64,000 bases of DNA from the human T2T-CHM13v2.0 reference genome, Homo sapiens: NCBI RefSeq assembly GCF_009914755.1, contig NC_060926.1. One strand, 5' to 3'. Shown here in pieces: positions 29,253-42,579 of this stretch. Both the position numbers and the translations under genes were made by a program. Position 1 is the first letter of the stretch. Each line of letters opens with the position of its first letter. The notes beneath the pieces are model-generated. The model worked only from the letters and a program-made list of their open reading frames with translations. It was not told where the DNA came from and ran no database searches.

Positions 29253-29627
29253 TGTCTCAGTCCATTTGTGCTGCTACAACAAAATGCCTGAGACTGGGTA
29301 ATTTATGAGGAACAGAAATATATTTCTCACCATTCTGGAGGCTGGGAAGTCCGAGATCAAGGCACTGGCCTTTGGTCTGGTGAGGGCCTTCTTGCTGCAT
29401 CCTCACATGGAAGAAGACAGAAGGGCAAGCTAACTGAATGGCTGCATGACACCTCTTTTATTAGGGCCTTAATCCCATAAAGGCCTTATAAAGAGGAGTC
29501 TTAATCCCAAAAAGGTCCTTATAAAGAGGAGCCTTCATGGCTTAATCACCTCCTAAAGGCCTCACCTTTTAATACCATCACACTAGCAACATCTGAATTT
29601 TGGAGGGGACACATTCAAACCACAGCA
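29253..29627 (-). mobile_element. MaLR LTR (MST-type)
   Basis: TG...CA termini; TSD CCCCT/TCCCT. Confidence 0.8.
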
Positions 29628-29925
29628 TCCCTCCTTCCACATAGTTTACCTCCCTCAGTTACTCTAATATTTCCTGTGCCTGTGATGCAACCTTAACCAA
29701 AGGAGACAGATCTCTCTGTAAAACCCCTCCATCCTCTCTTCTCTCAATACCTCCTCCTTTTCTCTGGCAGAGGCACCTCCAGTCTCTCTGGAAGGCGTCT
29801 CCCCAAGGTTCTGCACAATAGCCTCTTCTGTCTTGGTACCCTCTAGACCATACTGTGTTCCCATCCTTCCCATCCCTCTATTGGTCACAAGCCAGAGCAG
29901 GTAACAAATCTGCTTGGTCATGCGG

Positions 29926-30279
29926 TGATTTGGTTTGGCTGTGTTCCCACCCAAATCTCATCTTGAATTGTAGCTCCTAGAATTCCCACGTGTTGTGAGA
30001 GGGACCCAGTGGGAGGTAATTGAATCATGGAGGTAGGTCTTTCCCATGCCGTTCTCGTGATAGTGAATAAGTCTCGTGGTTCTATAAAGGGGAGTTCCCC
30101 TGCACACGCTCTCTTGCCTTCCACCATGTAAGACACGCCTTTCCTCCTCCTTCACCTTCCGCCATGATTGTGAGGCCTCCCCAGGCATGTGGAACTGTGA
30201 GTCCATTAAACCCCTTTCCTTTACAGATTACCCAGTCTTGGGTATGTCTTCATTAGCAGTGTGAGAACAGACTGGTACA
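29926..30279 (+). mobile_element. THE1 solo LTR
   Basis: tgatttggtttggctgtg...cccacccaaatctcatcttgaattg; TSD TGCGG/TGTGG. Confidence 0.92.
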
Positions 30280-30816
30280 TGTGGGATCACAGCCTTGCCA
30301 GAAAAGCAGATACACCCGGGTGCTTGTCTGCAAACTGATCTAAATGAGACAACTCAGCCTTCCACAGGTATAAGCCCCTGCATTCTAAAGCCATACAATT
30401 AGGGCCTACCCACAACAACTGGGAATTGCCAACTGACTTCAGATCAGCTGGAGGAACAAACCTTCAAAGGTTTGGGAGGGAAGAGAGAGGGGCATTATGA
30501 AACACCTATCAGGTATGCCTGGCCCCAGGCCCAAGTCCCACATATTCTGTCTCCATCTAACTCATCCAAGCCAAATCCTCAGTCTGACTGGCTCACAAAT
30601 ACCTGCTGATGAGCTTTGCTATTCTCTTAAAGGCATTGAGCACAAGCCCAGGTTACCTGGTGCTTAAATACCTTCCTCAAAGAGTGTCCATTAATTTTGA
30701 AACATTTTTCTTTCTTAAGGTTTTCTTGGTATTTGGAGAAGATTGAGTTACCCATTGTAACAGACATGTCAGTCTGCAAACTGGGGCAGACTGTGTATGG
30801 GCCACATCACAGATTA

Positions 30817-31130
<314 letters not shown>

Positions 31131-33496
31131 ATGACTACTGGAGAGTTTTGTGCATTATAATGATTTAAGATATCAGGTACTCCCCTACTGAGAATTACAC
31201 ACAATCCCTGGTGGAAGATGGACATTAGGACAGTGACCTGGCTAATGGTGTTCATCAGTGACAGGTTTCTGGCCCTGTGGTCCTCAAGGACCAGAAGGCC
31301 TGGGAACAGCAAAGTTGGGGGAGACAAGGGCGGGGGAAGAAGGGTAGCAAAATGCCAACTGTGATCCTGAGTTACTCTAGGATTCTGGAAACTGAGTGGT
31401 TGATAGACTGAACATCAAGAATGGAAGGGCATAAGGGATGATGAAGGGTATCATGAGAGTTCATTCTGTGTCAACTAATCAAGGACAGAATCAAGGCAAG
31501 TCACAGTACTAAATGATCCTAAATTTCAATCATTCATCCCTTCTATTCATTAATTCAGTCAATAAATAGTTATTATATGCCCACTGTTCCAAGCACTGAA
31601 GATACAGTCATGAACAAGACAAGATCCTTGCCTTTAATGGAGCTTTCATTTTACCTGAAAAAGGGGGCATTTTTCAAGAAAAATCTTGAAAAGATGGGTG
31701 GAAAGGAGGTCTAGTGTATCATAGAAGCTTCTGGGAGGAGAAAGAAAGGCAGAGGCCCAAAGTTAAACTCTCTGATTTCAGGCTTGCCAGGACAGCACAT
31801 ACACAAGCAAATCAAAACCCTTGATCATCCCAGGGTCATTGCTTTCTATTTTTCCTGGAGGGGAGGGAGGTCACCTTGTGTCACTGAGCACTATGGTGAG
31901 GAGACCATACTATAAACACTCTTCTTTTAAGGAAGTTTGAACAGTGGGCTGTGCATCAGAGTTAGTGCTGAATCTTTCTTTTGTTGCTAAAAACCACAGA
32001 AATGTACTTTTTAAATCTCTAGCATGATTTCCTGTAATCACCACACGCCTTTCCTTTCAGAGCTGCTGCAATGATCCGAATAACAACCCAGGGGAAGCAT
32101 GGCTTTCATGTGTGCTTATTTATACCCCAACTACTTATGAAAGGCCTTAAGCTTCTCACAGATTAAAACCCAGCACAAGATAAGCCGTTGACCTAAAAGA
32201 TCAAGAGATACAGTGCCTCGAGAGACCAGCTAAGTGATGAGGTAGAAGGGGCTGGATTTCCTTGGCTGAGAAGAGCAAGGATCCTGCCCCCACTGTGCTC
32301 ACCAGCAGGTGCCAAACACCAAACACAGTGGTCACTGTATGTCCAAAGAGACGCAGTCAATGAAAGTCAGAGGAAGGCTCCATGATGAGCCTCAAAGACA
32401 GCTTGGCCTGGGGTCATCAGACAAGGCAGCCCACCCCAAATCCCTCCTTCGCTGGCTTAGCTGAGATGTGGGGAAGTCTCTGGGGCACTGTTTATGTTAA
32501 GCAAGGCAAAGCCCTCACTGAAACAGACTCCTTGGAGAAAGACCCAAGACGGATTCCTGAAGAAACAGTCTCTGAGTGGGATCAAAGTGTCCTTACAGGG
32601 TTTCCTTGGAGCCAGAATACTCCCCTGATGACTCAAGGTGCCTGTTCGCACACTACCACCACAAACCAGGGAGGCAGGTCACTGCTATCCAGCTGTCCCA
32701 CTCCAGATGGCAGCCCTTTATCACCTGCACTGCCCAGACCTAGTAGTCCATGCCTCAGGCTGCCCTGGAGGGAAGCTGGGCAGGGGCAGGGCCCTGCTGA
32801 AGGTGCCTCCCTTGGAGTGAACCTTTGGTCAGGCCATGGGTAGCCATCTGTGGAGCTAGAGGAGGTAACTCCCTCTCCAGTGAGGAGCCAAGTCCAGGGC
32901 AGGGCGGTGCTCCAAGGGAAATCTCCATGGGCACCACAGGAGCAATGCACAACCCTAAACTCACTCCCATTCAAATGACTGAGGCCCAGATATAGCATCC
33001 TCATAAACTACTATGGCATCTCTGAAGGACCCCTCTCTGATAGAACTAATGACTGTCAGTCATCCTTACATAATTTACTCTCCTTGCTGTGCTTGGAGAA
33101 GTCTGAACCAGTCTAACAAATTTGGGGTTTCAGGATGTGGCTTGTGGATAAGAGAATTGCTCAGAAACTCCCACCAGTTAAGTTGACCCCAGGGCGTCTT
33201 CCAGGAGGGCCATCCTGAATGGGGCATTGTCACTGATTAAGTCACCTCACATGAATCAGCTGAACACACCTGGGGTACAAGGACTGTTGTTCCTGGAGAT
33301 CCAAAAAGGCCAGGTGCCATGAGCAGTATGCTCAGCCAGGAGCTGGGGACAGTGGCCAGGAGGGGAGAAAGGCAAAGGAGCAGGCACAAGGGTCCTGGAT
33401 GGATCCACCCGGCCAGTGCTCACTGCCTCCCACTGTGCCTCCCTTTCTCCATTCAAATCCTTCCTTTACAGTTTCTGTTAACGTTTTTCATGTGTT

Positions 33497-33926
33497 GTGT
33501 TAGGCTCCTAGGGCTGCCATAACAAAATACCACAAATTGAGTAGCTTAAACAACAGAATTGTATTGCCTCACCATTCTGGATGCTAGAAGTGTGCAACCA
33601 AAGTGTTGACGAGGTCATGCTCCCTCTGAAGAAGTTGGGAAAGCATCTATTCCAGGCCTCTCTCCTAGCTTCTGGTGGTTCCTTGGCTTGTGGCTACATA
33701 ATTCCGATCTACATAGTGTTCTTCCCACATGTGTATCTATCTCTGTGTCTTAATTTCCCTTTTTTATAAGAACAGTCATTTTTGAGTAGGGCCAACCCTA
33801 ATGACCTCATCTTAACTTCCTCACCTGCAAAGACCCTGTTTCCAAACATAGTCACAATCTGAGATACTTGGGATTGGGACTACAATGTAAGAATTTGGGG
33901 ATGAAGACATAATTCAACCCATAACA
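33497..33926 (-). mobile_element. MaLR LTR (MLT1C-like)
   Basis: ggctgccataacaaaataccacaaa...aattcaacccataaca. Confidence 0.8.
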
Positions 33927-34089
33927 CATGTCGATCTCAGCGTTCCTTTTTTTCTAACAGTATGCATATGGTAAAAATTTTAAACAGTGTAAAGAAATAG
34001 ATTGCCTTCCAATTCCCGTTCCCCAATCAGCAACCACTGCTGTCAACACATTGTATCTCTTTCCATGGATGCTGTCTGCACATAAAAAT

Positions 34090-34171
<82 letters not shown>

Positions 34172-34177
34172 TAGATA
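34090..34177. repeat. Compound tetranucleotide STR (GATA)11(GACA)9(GATA)2
   Basis: Counted directly from the sequence. Confidence 0.97.
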
Positions 34178-34264
34178 GTCTCCACTTTCGTTTTGCTGCT
34201 TTGGCCAATAAAACTCAAACAAAGGCTTTAGTCAATAAAAGCCTTTCCATGAACAAATACTGAA

Positions 34265-34649
<385 letters not shown>

Positions 34650-36402
34650 TAAGATAAAACAAGCAGGAAATAAAAAGCCCAAGTCTGGTGAACGAGTAGC
34701 CTTCACTGTTTCTGAAGGAAATGCAGCCCGAGCTATCCTAGCCATAGGATAACATCAATGACTGAGGCAAATCACAGAAATGGAGAAGGAAAATTTCTGA
34801 CTACAAAAAGGGACAAAATCAAGGTTCCCTGCAGTCTTTTAAGTGAAAAAGCAGTTTAGGAAACCCCTTGCTGCAGACCCCCAGATGTATCCCCTACTGT
34901 CCCAACCCAAAGCCGTCCTGAGACCTCTGCTCTGGGCTCAGGCTGCCCCTGGCTGACTCCAAGGAGAAACCCAAGCAGAATTCTACAGCTCAGTATTTCA
35001 GACAATCCTGTAAGGATTCAGGGCTCATTTCTCCCAGATCTCAGACCAGCCTCCTCTTCCAGACACCCAGATGATTTGATTTGCCCTGAGGCCTTCGAAG
35101 CCAATATTTCCCAAACCACAGATTGCAACTCATTCTCCACCACTTCATTGTTGACATAAACCTTGGCATGATCTACCCACCCATAAGCTTGCTTATTTCC
35201 CTTCATCTTAGGCACCAGCTCACATCGTGCATCCAGGGCTGCTCCATGCTGAGTAATTGCTGCATATAAACCAAGCCAAGCTTGTAAACCAGCTCTTTTG
35301 TACACCAGCTTGTACACCAGATGGGCATCTTCTGTAATCATAGCTATGCTCTCATGAATCTCCACCTACCTCCACCCCCAGGTGACTGCAATACACAGGC
35401 AAGGCTGGAAACCACAGACAGGACTTGTCAGAGTTAGAGCCTCAAGAACCTGAAGAAATGAATACCCGACATGTCCAACTCTTGCAAATAAAAAAATGCC
35501 TTAGAGAGGTGCTGGTCTTGCTGCACTGCAATCAATTGCTGGCTCAAGTCGCCAACAGGTGTCTGAATGCCAATTCCCTGCACCATAGCTTTTAGAGTCT
35601 GACTCACTCTCGCCAGAAGGGATGTGGGCTGTTGAGGTGTTGGCAGAATGGGCCAGCATGCTTCCGCCAGTCGTAGTGTTTTCTACGGTTTTTCCAAAGA
35701 AACATAAGCCTTTCTATGGACTAGCCTAGAAATCACCCTTTAAAACATTATTTCAAAAGAAATTCACATTTTAAGTTTCCAAGTCCAGTTGGTGGAATGT
35801 TCCAAGGAGATTTCCTCTCTAATGCCGTCTTGCCAAGCTACTAACACTGATGTACCTCCAACGGGTTCTCTTGAACAAAAAATTGCCAGGTAGCAAATGC
35901 CTTCACCTAGGTCCTTGTCACTCACTGTCAATCTTTCAACAGCACCTGGGGGAAAAGCACAATCCCCTGGGAAAAAAAGGACAAAAGGAAGTGTGGTGGA
36001 ATATTAGAACTCTGAGCATCCAGGAGATGGACAGCAAAGTACTCAAAGCTGTTAGCAGGATGGGTTTACAATTATAATAATCATCACAATAATAATAATA
36101 GTATTCCTCACCCTTCCTCCACCCCCACAGAGTCCGCCTGTCCTCTAGGAGGTTGAACTGCACTTGGGGAAGAAGATGGTGGTGGTCCTACCCTGACAGA
36201 GTAGCTCTTGGGTTGGAGAGGGGGCAAGAACCAATGGGCGTGTGACAGCAACCAGTCACAGAGGGCAGTAGCGGGTAATGCAAACACTCAGTAGGAGTTT
36301 GGGGTCAAGGTGGAGGCCCCAGAGAGAGATGAGCTGTCTCAGTCACTCCCTTGCCCTAGAACTATAGTTTGCCCCTCCCCTCATCAAAAAACAGGTGGCG
36401 CC

Positions 36403-37000
36403 ATGAACGGTGAATCTATGTTACTGTATTACCAGCTCCTGATGGCCAAGCAGTAGGCATGCTCAACCCCTCCATGGGGGGCCTTCAGCAACAATGATCC
36501 AAGGAAGGAGAGTGTTTGAGAGCAACATTATCCTGATTAGCAAAAGAGAAGTGATTGATGTGCAGAACTGCATCCAAATGGTAACAGTGGCCATGGCTTC
36601 CACCAGCCCCTTCCTCCACCACCTAACATCATGCTGCTGGCCTGACCAGCCACAGGCTGTGAAAAGCCTGCTGGATGTGGCCAGGCCATTAGGGGAAGAA
36701 GCCAGAGACCTCCAAGACCTTAGCACTAACCAGGCTGCTTCCCTAGAAGTCTATAAAGATTTCTGTCCTGTCCTGTCCTGTCCTGTGCTATAAGAAACAG
36801 TAGCTATGCTTAAAGCTTGCTACTTGCCATTCTTGCTACCTGCAAAAGTGTCTGCTTCAGATACACAGAAAGGCCTTATTTATTGAGAAAAACTCTTTAT
36901 CATTGGAGGCCACTAGTGGAGGGTCCCAGCAAAATCCAGGCCATCCCAACTAGGGATACAATGGACGTCTGTATCTATGGCAGAGGACAAGCACAGCCCA
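36403..37000 (+). pseudogene. Unprocessed GARIN/FAM71-family pseudogene, exon 1 (DUF3699 Rab2-binding domain)
   Basis: GGCGCC-ATG, then joined across frameshifts: MNGESMLLYY / SMGGLQQQ / VFESNIILISKREVIDVQNCIQMVTVAMASTSP / PNIMLLA*PATGCEKPAGCGQA / KTLALTRLLP*KSIKISV / KKQ*LCLKLATCHSCYLQ. This is colinear with recalled FAM71A/B ([75 protein letters not shown]). Stops at 36643, 36744 and 36801; degenerate donor GT at 37001. Confidence 0.88.
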
Positions 37001-37760
37001 GTCTAAGTCTCTGCAAACACTCAAGGAGATGGGCTCAGGGTCATACACAGCTGTTGTTCTCTGAGGCTTACCTGAAAGAGGCATTGCATTTGGAAGGACC
37101 CAGAAAAAAATGAGCCACCAGTGGGTGATGTCACCTTGGTGAGAGTCTCAGTGCTTTTTTAGAGTGTACCAGAAGGCTGAATTTAAGACCTTAGATGTCA
37201 GCTGTTCTAATCTCTTACCCAATGCTTAATCCCCCCATAGCATCCCAACCATCCAAGCTCTTCTTTTTGAACACTTACCTTCTCAAGTCACTCACTTGTA
37301 AAATGTCTTGTAAGACATTTTTAACTATTAGAAAGTCCTTTCTTTTTGAGTTCCCTGTCCATGACTGCCATGTACTCATTTGCATATATCAGTACATTGT
37401 GTGTTTGCACACATGCATAATTTGTTAGTAGTAGCTGTCAAAATGGAAAATGTGCATGTCCTACTTCTAGGAATGTCTCCCCCATAGAAATACCAGCACA
37501 AGTATGTAATATACACATGTTCAACGAGGTTCCCTGGGGAACTGTAATGGTGCTCTGCTGGTACTGGGGCTGTTCAGTCAAAATTGAATTGACCATAAAT
37601 GGGATTCCTACATTGAATGGAAGATTGGATTTGATGACCTCAAATGTAATTACATTTATAAGCCGTTAATTTGCTCCATCTCAAGAAGCAATGGGAGCAG
37701 AGCTCTCTGGTCTCCATCCTGACCTCTCTGCCTTGCTTGATTCTCCTCCCCTTGGCACAG

Positions 37761-38737
37761 GCTGTGGAGCTCCATAGAGAAGGGGGTCAGGATCAGGTTG
37801 GCATCAGGAGGCTCCACGTGGTCCCTGAGATGTCTGAGTCATCTCCTCTGGTTATGTTGTGGGGAGGGACACCAACGTAACCTCCACACACAAACTCTAT
37901 TCATGGAACAGCCAGTATAGCTACCCCAGCACATACTCTTCTACAGTCATAAACCTGTGAAGCCTGGCAAAGGACAACAGGGGTGGCAGCACAGGTAGAC
38001 ACAGGCACTGCAGCAGGCTCTCTTAGTGTAGCAGCAACCAAGTCTGCAGACCCAGGACAGACCAATGCAGCAAGGACAGGAGTAGCCACCAAGGGTCCAG
38101 GAAGAAGCACAACCAGCATGACCATGCGGTGGGGGATGGTTGCCAGAATGACCATGGGGTTACGGGAGGAATGCCAGCATGACCATGGGATTGGGGAAGG
38201 GGTTGCCAGAATGACCGCAGAGTTGAGGGAGGATGGCCAAAATGACCATGGGCTGGGGGGAGGGGTGGCCAGAATGACCATGAGGTGGCAGGAGTTGCTA
38301 GCTTGGCTATCAGCAGCAGGGCCAATATGTCCTCAGGGGCTGTTGGCAGGGTGGAGGAGGGTGTTGCAGCTTGTACCTGGAGGTGCTTCCAGCACCTCAG
38401 CAAGAGCCACCAGGCTTTCCCCAGAGGGCAGCAGGAATGTGACAACTGCAAAGATGACCCATATGCCCAATGTAGGAGCAGCCAAAGGCCCAGTGATGAG
38501 ACCTTTATCTCCATTGTGCAGAGTGACAGCTCCCTGAGTGAATTAGATGGAAGCCAGAGCCTCCTGGGCCAATGGCAAGACCAGAAGGAAATAAGGAAAA
38601 AGAAGAATAGATCTCCCAATGGGAGAAGTTTCCATTAGCCCAGGAGGGTAAAGGTCACTGCAGGACACAGAAGACAGGTCAATCTGAAAATCATCTCCTT
38701 AACCAGCTGTGGAACCACTAGAGAGGGCAAAAGAGGG
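37761..38737 (+). pseudogene. Unprocessed GARIN/FAM71-family pseudogene, exon 2 (Ala/Gly/Ser-rich and basic C-terminal region), truncated by an MLT1 LTR
   Basis: Strong acceptor ctcctccccttggcacAG|GCT, phase 0. AVELHREGGQDQVGIRRLHVVPEMS, TGTAAGSLSVAATKSADPGQ, LSPEGS and ISIVQSDSSLSELDGSQ...KEIRKKKNR parallel recalled FAM71A/B C-terminal segments; multiple frameshifts. Confidence 0.82.
38113..38286 (+). repeat. G-rich minisatellite, ~5.5 units of 30-32 bp (63-bp higher-order period)
   Basis: CCA(G/A)(C/A)ATGACC cores at 38113, 38143, 38174, 38206, 38237 and 38269. Confidence 0.9.
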
Positions 38738-39503
38738 TGTTGTGGGTTAAATTTTTCCCCCCACCCAAAAGATATGTTCATCCTAACCCCCAGGACCTAT
38801 GAATGTGAACTTATTTGGAAACAAGCTCTTGCAGATATATTTAAGTTAAGATCATTAGGGTGGGTTCTAATCCAATATGACTGCGTCCTTATAAGAAAGG
38901 GAAATTTAGATACAGAAAGACAGGCACCCACAGGGGGAAGACCATGCAGAAACACCCACCGAGAACACCATGTGATGCCAAAGGCAGTGTGTTAGTCCGT
39001 TCTCACGCTGCTAATAAAGACATACCCAAGACTGGGTAATTTATAAAGGAGGAAGGTTTAATTGACTCACGGTTTTGAAGGGCTGAGGAGGCCTCAGGAA
39101 ACTTACAACCATGGCAGAAGAGGAAGCAAACATGTCCTTCGTCACATGGCAGCAGGAAGGAGAAGTGCTGAGCAAAAGGGGGAAAAGCCCCTTATGAAAC
39201 TATCAGATCTCATGAGAACTCACTATCAGGAGAACAGCATGGAGGTAACCACCCCCATGATTCAATTACCTCCCACCTGGTCCCGCCCATGACACATGGG
39301 GATTATGGAAACTACAGTTCAGTGTAAGATTTGGGTGGGGACACAGCCAAACCATATCAGGCAGAGACTGGAGTGAGGCTCCTACAAGACAAGAAACACC
39401 AAGGATAGGTGTCAACCACCAGAAGCTGGAAGGGGGGATTCTCCTCTAGGTCCTTCAGAGAGAACACTGACTGGCCAATACCTCAATTTAAGATTTCCAG
39501 CCT
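38738..39503 (+). mobile_element. MLT1 LTR (3'-truncated) interrupted by a THE1 LTR (38988-39359, -)
   Basis: MLT1 motifs on both sides of the THE1; THE1 has a perfect TSD GGCAG. Confidence 0.88.
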
Positions 39504-39504
39504 T

Positions 39505-39784
<280 letters not shown>

Positions 39785-39849
39785 TTATTTATTTATATTT
39801 CATATATTATATATAAATATATATTATTTATATTTGAAAAAATAAAAAT

Positions 39850-40078
39850 AATACAATTTTTAAAAACAAAAATACAGTATAACAACTATTTACATTGCAT
39901 TTACATTGTATTATGTATTGTAAGTAACGCAGAGATGACAAAGTATTTGGGAGGGTGTGCGTAGGTTATATCCAAATGCAACTTGCCATTTTATAGCAGG
40001 AACTTGAGCATCTTTGAATTTTGGTATCCAAGTGGGTCTTGGAACCAATCCCCCATGGATACTGAGGGACAACTGTAC
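39850..40078. mobile_element. MER2 (Tigger-type) fragment, one end only
   Basis: tacagtataacaactatttac...ggaaccaatcccccatggatactgagggacaactgta. Confidence 0.85.
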
Positions 40079-42579
40079 AGGCTAGATACGAGTAAGCCCA
40101 ACCACTTACAGTGGATGGAGCAAAAGCAACAGCAAACTTACCAAAACATTATGCACTGGGCACTTTACAAAGGTTCTCTATTTATTCTTTACTACAAACT
40201 GACAATGTTTGTTTCATCATACCCCTTTTAGAAATAAGAAAACAGACTCAGAAAGGTTCAATATCTCACCCAAGGTCACAATACTAGGAAATGGGGGAGC
40301 CAGGATTCAAACCCAGATCCACGGTCTCCAAAGTTGATACTCTCCACTGAGAAACTGCACAGAATAACAGGGCAATAGGCAGGAAGACTGGCCTTGGTGC
40401 CTCCCAGGCCTCTAAAGCCAACCTCTCCTCAGGCAAGACCTGCCTGACTGCCCAGACCCATGCAACTCTAAGGCAAGGAGAGGCAATACACCTACTTCTC
40501 CTGAATGCCCTGTCCTGGTTATGACAGCACCACCAGGTAAGATGCACAGACAGCCTCAAATTCACCCTTCCTGTCCTGTTAACTAATGCCCCTTGCCCCC
40601 CCAGAGATCATGGTGTCAGGTCCACCTCTGGGGAAAAGCTCCACAAAACCATCCTTGGATTACAGACCTTTCTCTCCTACTGGGTGTACCAAAGGTGTCA
40701 AATCACTGTGCCCTTCCTCTACCAACCCCTACCCAAACCACAGCCTCTGAAGGGACAGCCCTATGTAGGACATGATTCCACGTGCCCCCTCCCTCCCCAA
40801 GCCATGCCAGTTACACCTGAGTGGACACCTGACTCGATGATATGGCACTGGCTGAATCATCAGCTTTACATTCAAAGAGTACATCTACCCCACAGAATGG
40901 ACTTTAAAATCGTCCACAAGCAGAAAATGCTCATCTTTATAGGCCAAATACCAATTGCCTCATTTCAAATCTCTTTTAATTTGCATTCGTGTAGATTTCA
41001 AGAAGGGCAAGATACAGGAGACCACAAGAAAAGAACTATTGGAAATATTACAACTAAGATAAAACACCCCTGATATGGCATTTCCTACGGTGCAAAAACT
41101 AAAGGGACTTAATTTTCCCCTTGGAAAACACAGTAAGTAAGATACACAGATTGCTACTTTCACATTAGTGCTTGCCGAACATTATACTCCCTTTTTTTAA
41201 AAAAAAATGGTTATCAGTCTAACCATAATCATGGCTTATCATCAGCTGAATCCCCTTCTCCCTCCCTCCAATGACACATATTCACTCCACCTGCACTGCC
41301 TTCTGAACGTTGTGCTCACTGGAGAATACTTTACAGGCTTATCACCAGACAGTTTACTTCAGGGTTCAAATTCTACCCTTCCTTGCCCCCTAGCCCCCAC
41401 GTCCCCCTTTCCACTCTCCCCTTGCCTCCCCACAGCCCTTCTTCTCTCTCCCTTTCTTTCTGGGCTGTGGAAAGAATCGATTAAGCTCCTGTCCACATTT
41501 GCAGCAGACCTTTTTCTCTTTCCTGAGACTTGTTCAGCTGTGGGGAGACCCAAGTCCCAGTTGGGGCATTGTTGCGTTAGCCCAGGGGTTGAGGGGGTGG
41601 GTGAGGGGGTTCGAGTCCGGCAGATGTCTTTTTTGTCAAAAACAAAGGCCCCCCAGCGAGTCTCTCCTCTTTCCAGCACTTTCATTCCCCTCAGATCAAA
41701 GACCTGCTCTGCATATGAAAGGCACCGCCCATTACGCGGCTCACAGTGGCCCGCACCACCCCACTAGCCTCCCCGCACTCAAACAAAGGGCCTCGCATCT
41801 GTTCAAGCGCAGGCCTCACCTTCTGGAGTGTGGAGTTGTTGTGTCTTCTTTTTATCTTAGTTCACTTTTGAGAGCCATTCAGTCCCTTGAAGTATAGTTA
41901 AGAAGAGTAGGGGAAGGGTCTCCCTTGCCCTCAGACCATTCACCCAGATAATTTTTTAAGACATCTTGAGGGTGTCTGGTCCTTGCCTCCCCACCTCACC
42001 TAGGTCTCCGTGCAGTGGGGAGGTCCTTCTCAGGCTCATTTTCTACCTTCGCAGCCACTCTTCCAAATACCTCCTCCCTTACCTGAAAAGGGACTATTCC
42101 CTTGGAAGAGTCTAGACTGGCCCCTCAAACCAAGGAGGTGATGAAAGTCCTGCTCCTTCTTGTCATGTGAATGGATGCTGCCAGACTCGGGAGCTAAAGC
42201 TTCCACACACTTCTTTGGATGTCTAGGTCTGCTTTTTGGCAGAGGCAGCAGGGAAGCGCTTCTCAAAACTTGAACCTGAGTTCTCAACAAAAGGACTCAA
42301 GCATAAGGACGAGATAAACTGATCTTCAGTGACATTTTAATCTGAAGAAGTGCTATGTTGTCAATGATGACGGTTCCTGAACACCAGGAGGGCACACAGC
42401 CTGGAAGAATGCACATGGCCAGCTGGACCTTCCCTCTCTTTTCTTCCCGCTGCCTCCTGGACACCCCCGAAGTCTTCTGCTCGCTTTGGTCACATCTCCT
42501 GACCATTTTTTCTCCTTTTCAATCAGTTCAGCTCCAGCCCTGACTTCCAAGGGCTAAATGAGCACATCCATCTTCTCCC

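Noticed and set aside
36403-36425. AMNGES resemblance to the RBM3/RBMX RRM
   Set aside because: The flanks do not match; the GARIN/FAM71 N-terminus explains it along with the rest of the region.
38113-38286. Repeat-spacer pattern resembling a CRISPR array
   Set aside because: The spacers resemble each other, the context is primate intronic DNA, and there are no cas genes; it is a minisatellite.
37983-38638. ORFs of 184, 198 and 117 aa as novel intact genes
   Set aside because: The + strand ORFs are frameshifted fragments of the GARIN pseudogene plus the minisatellite; the - strand ORF is its antisense shadow.
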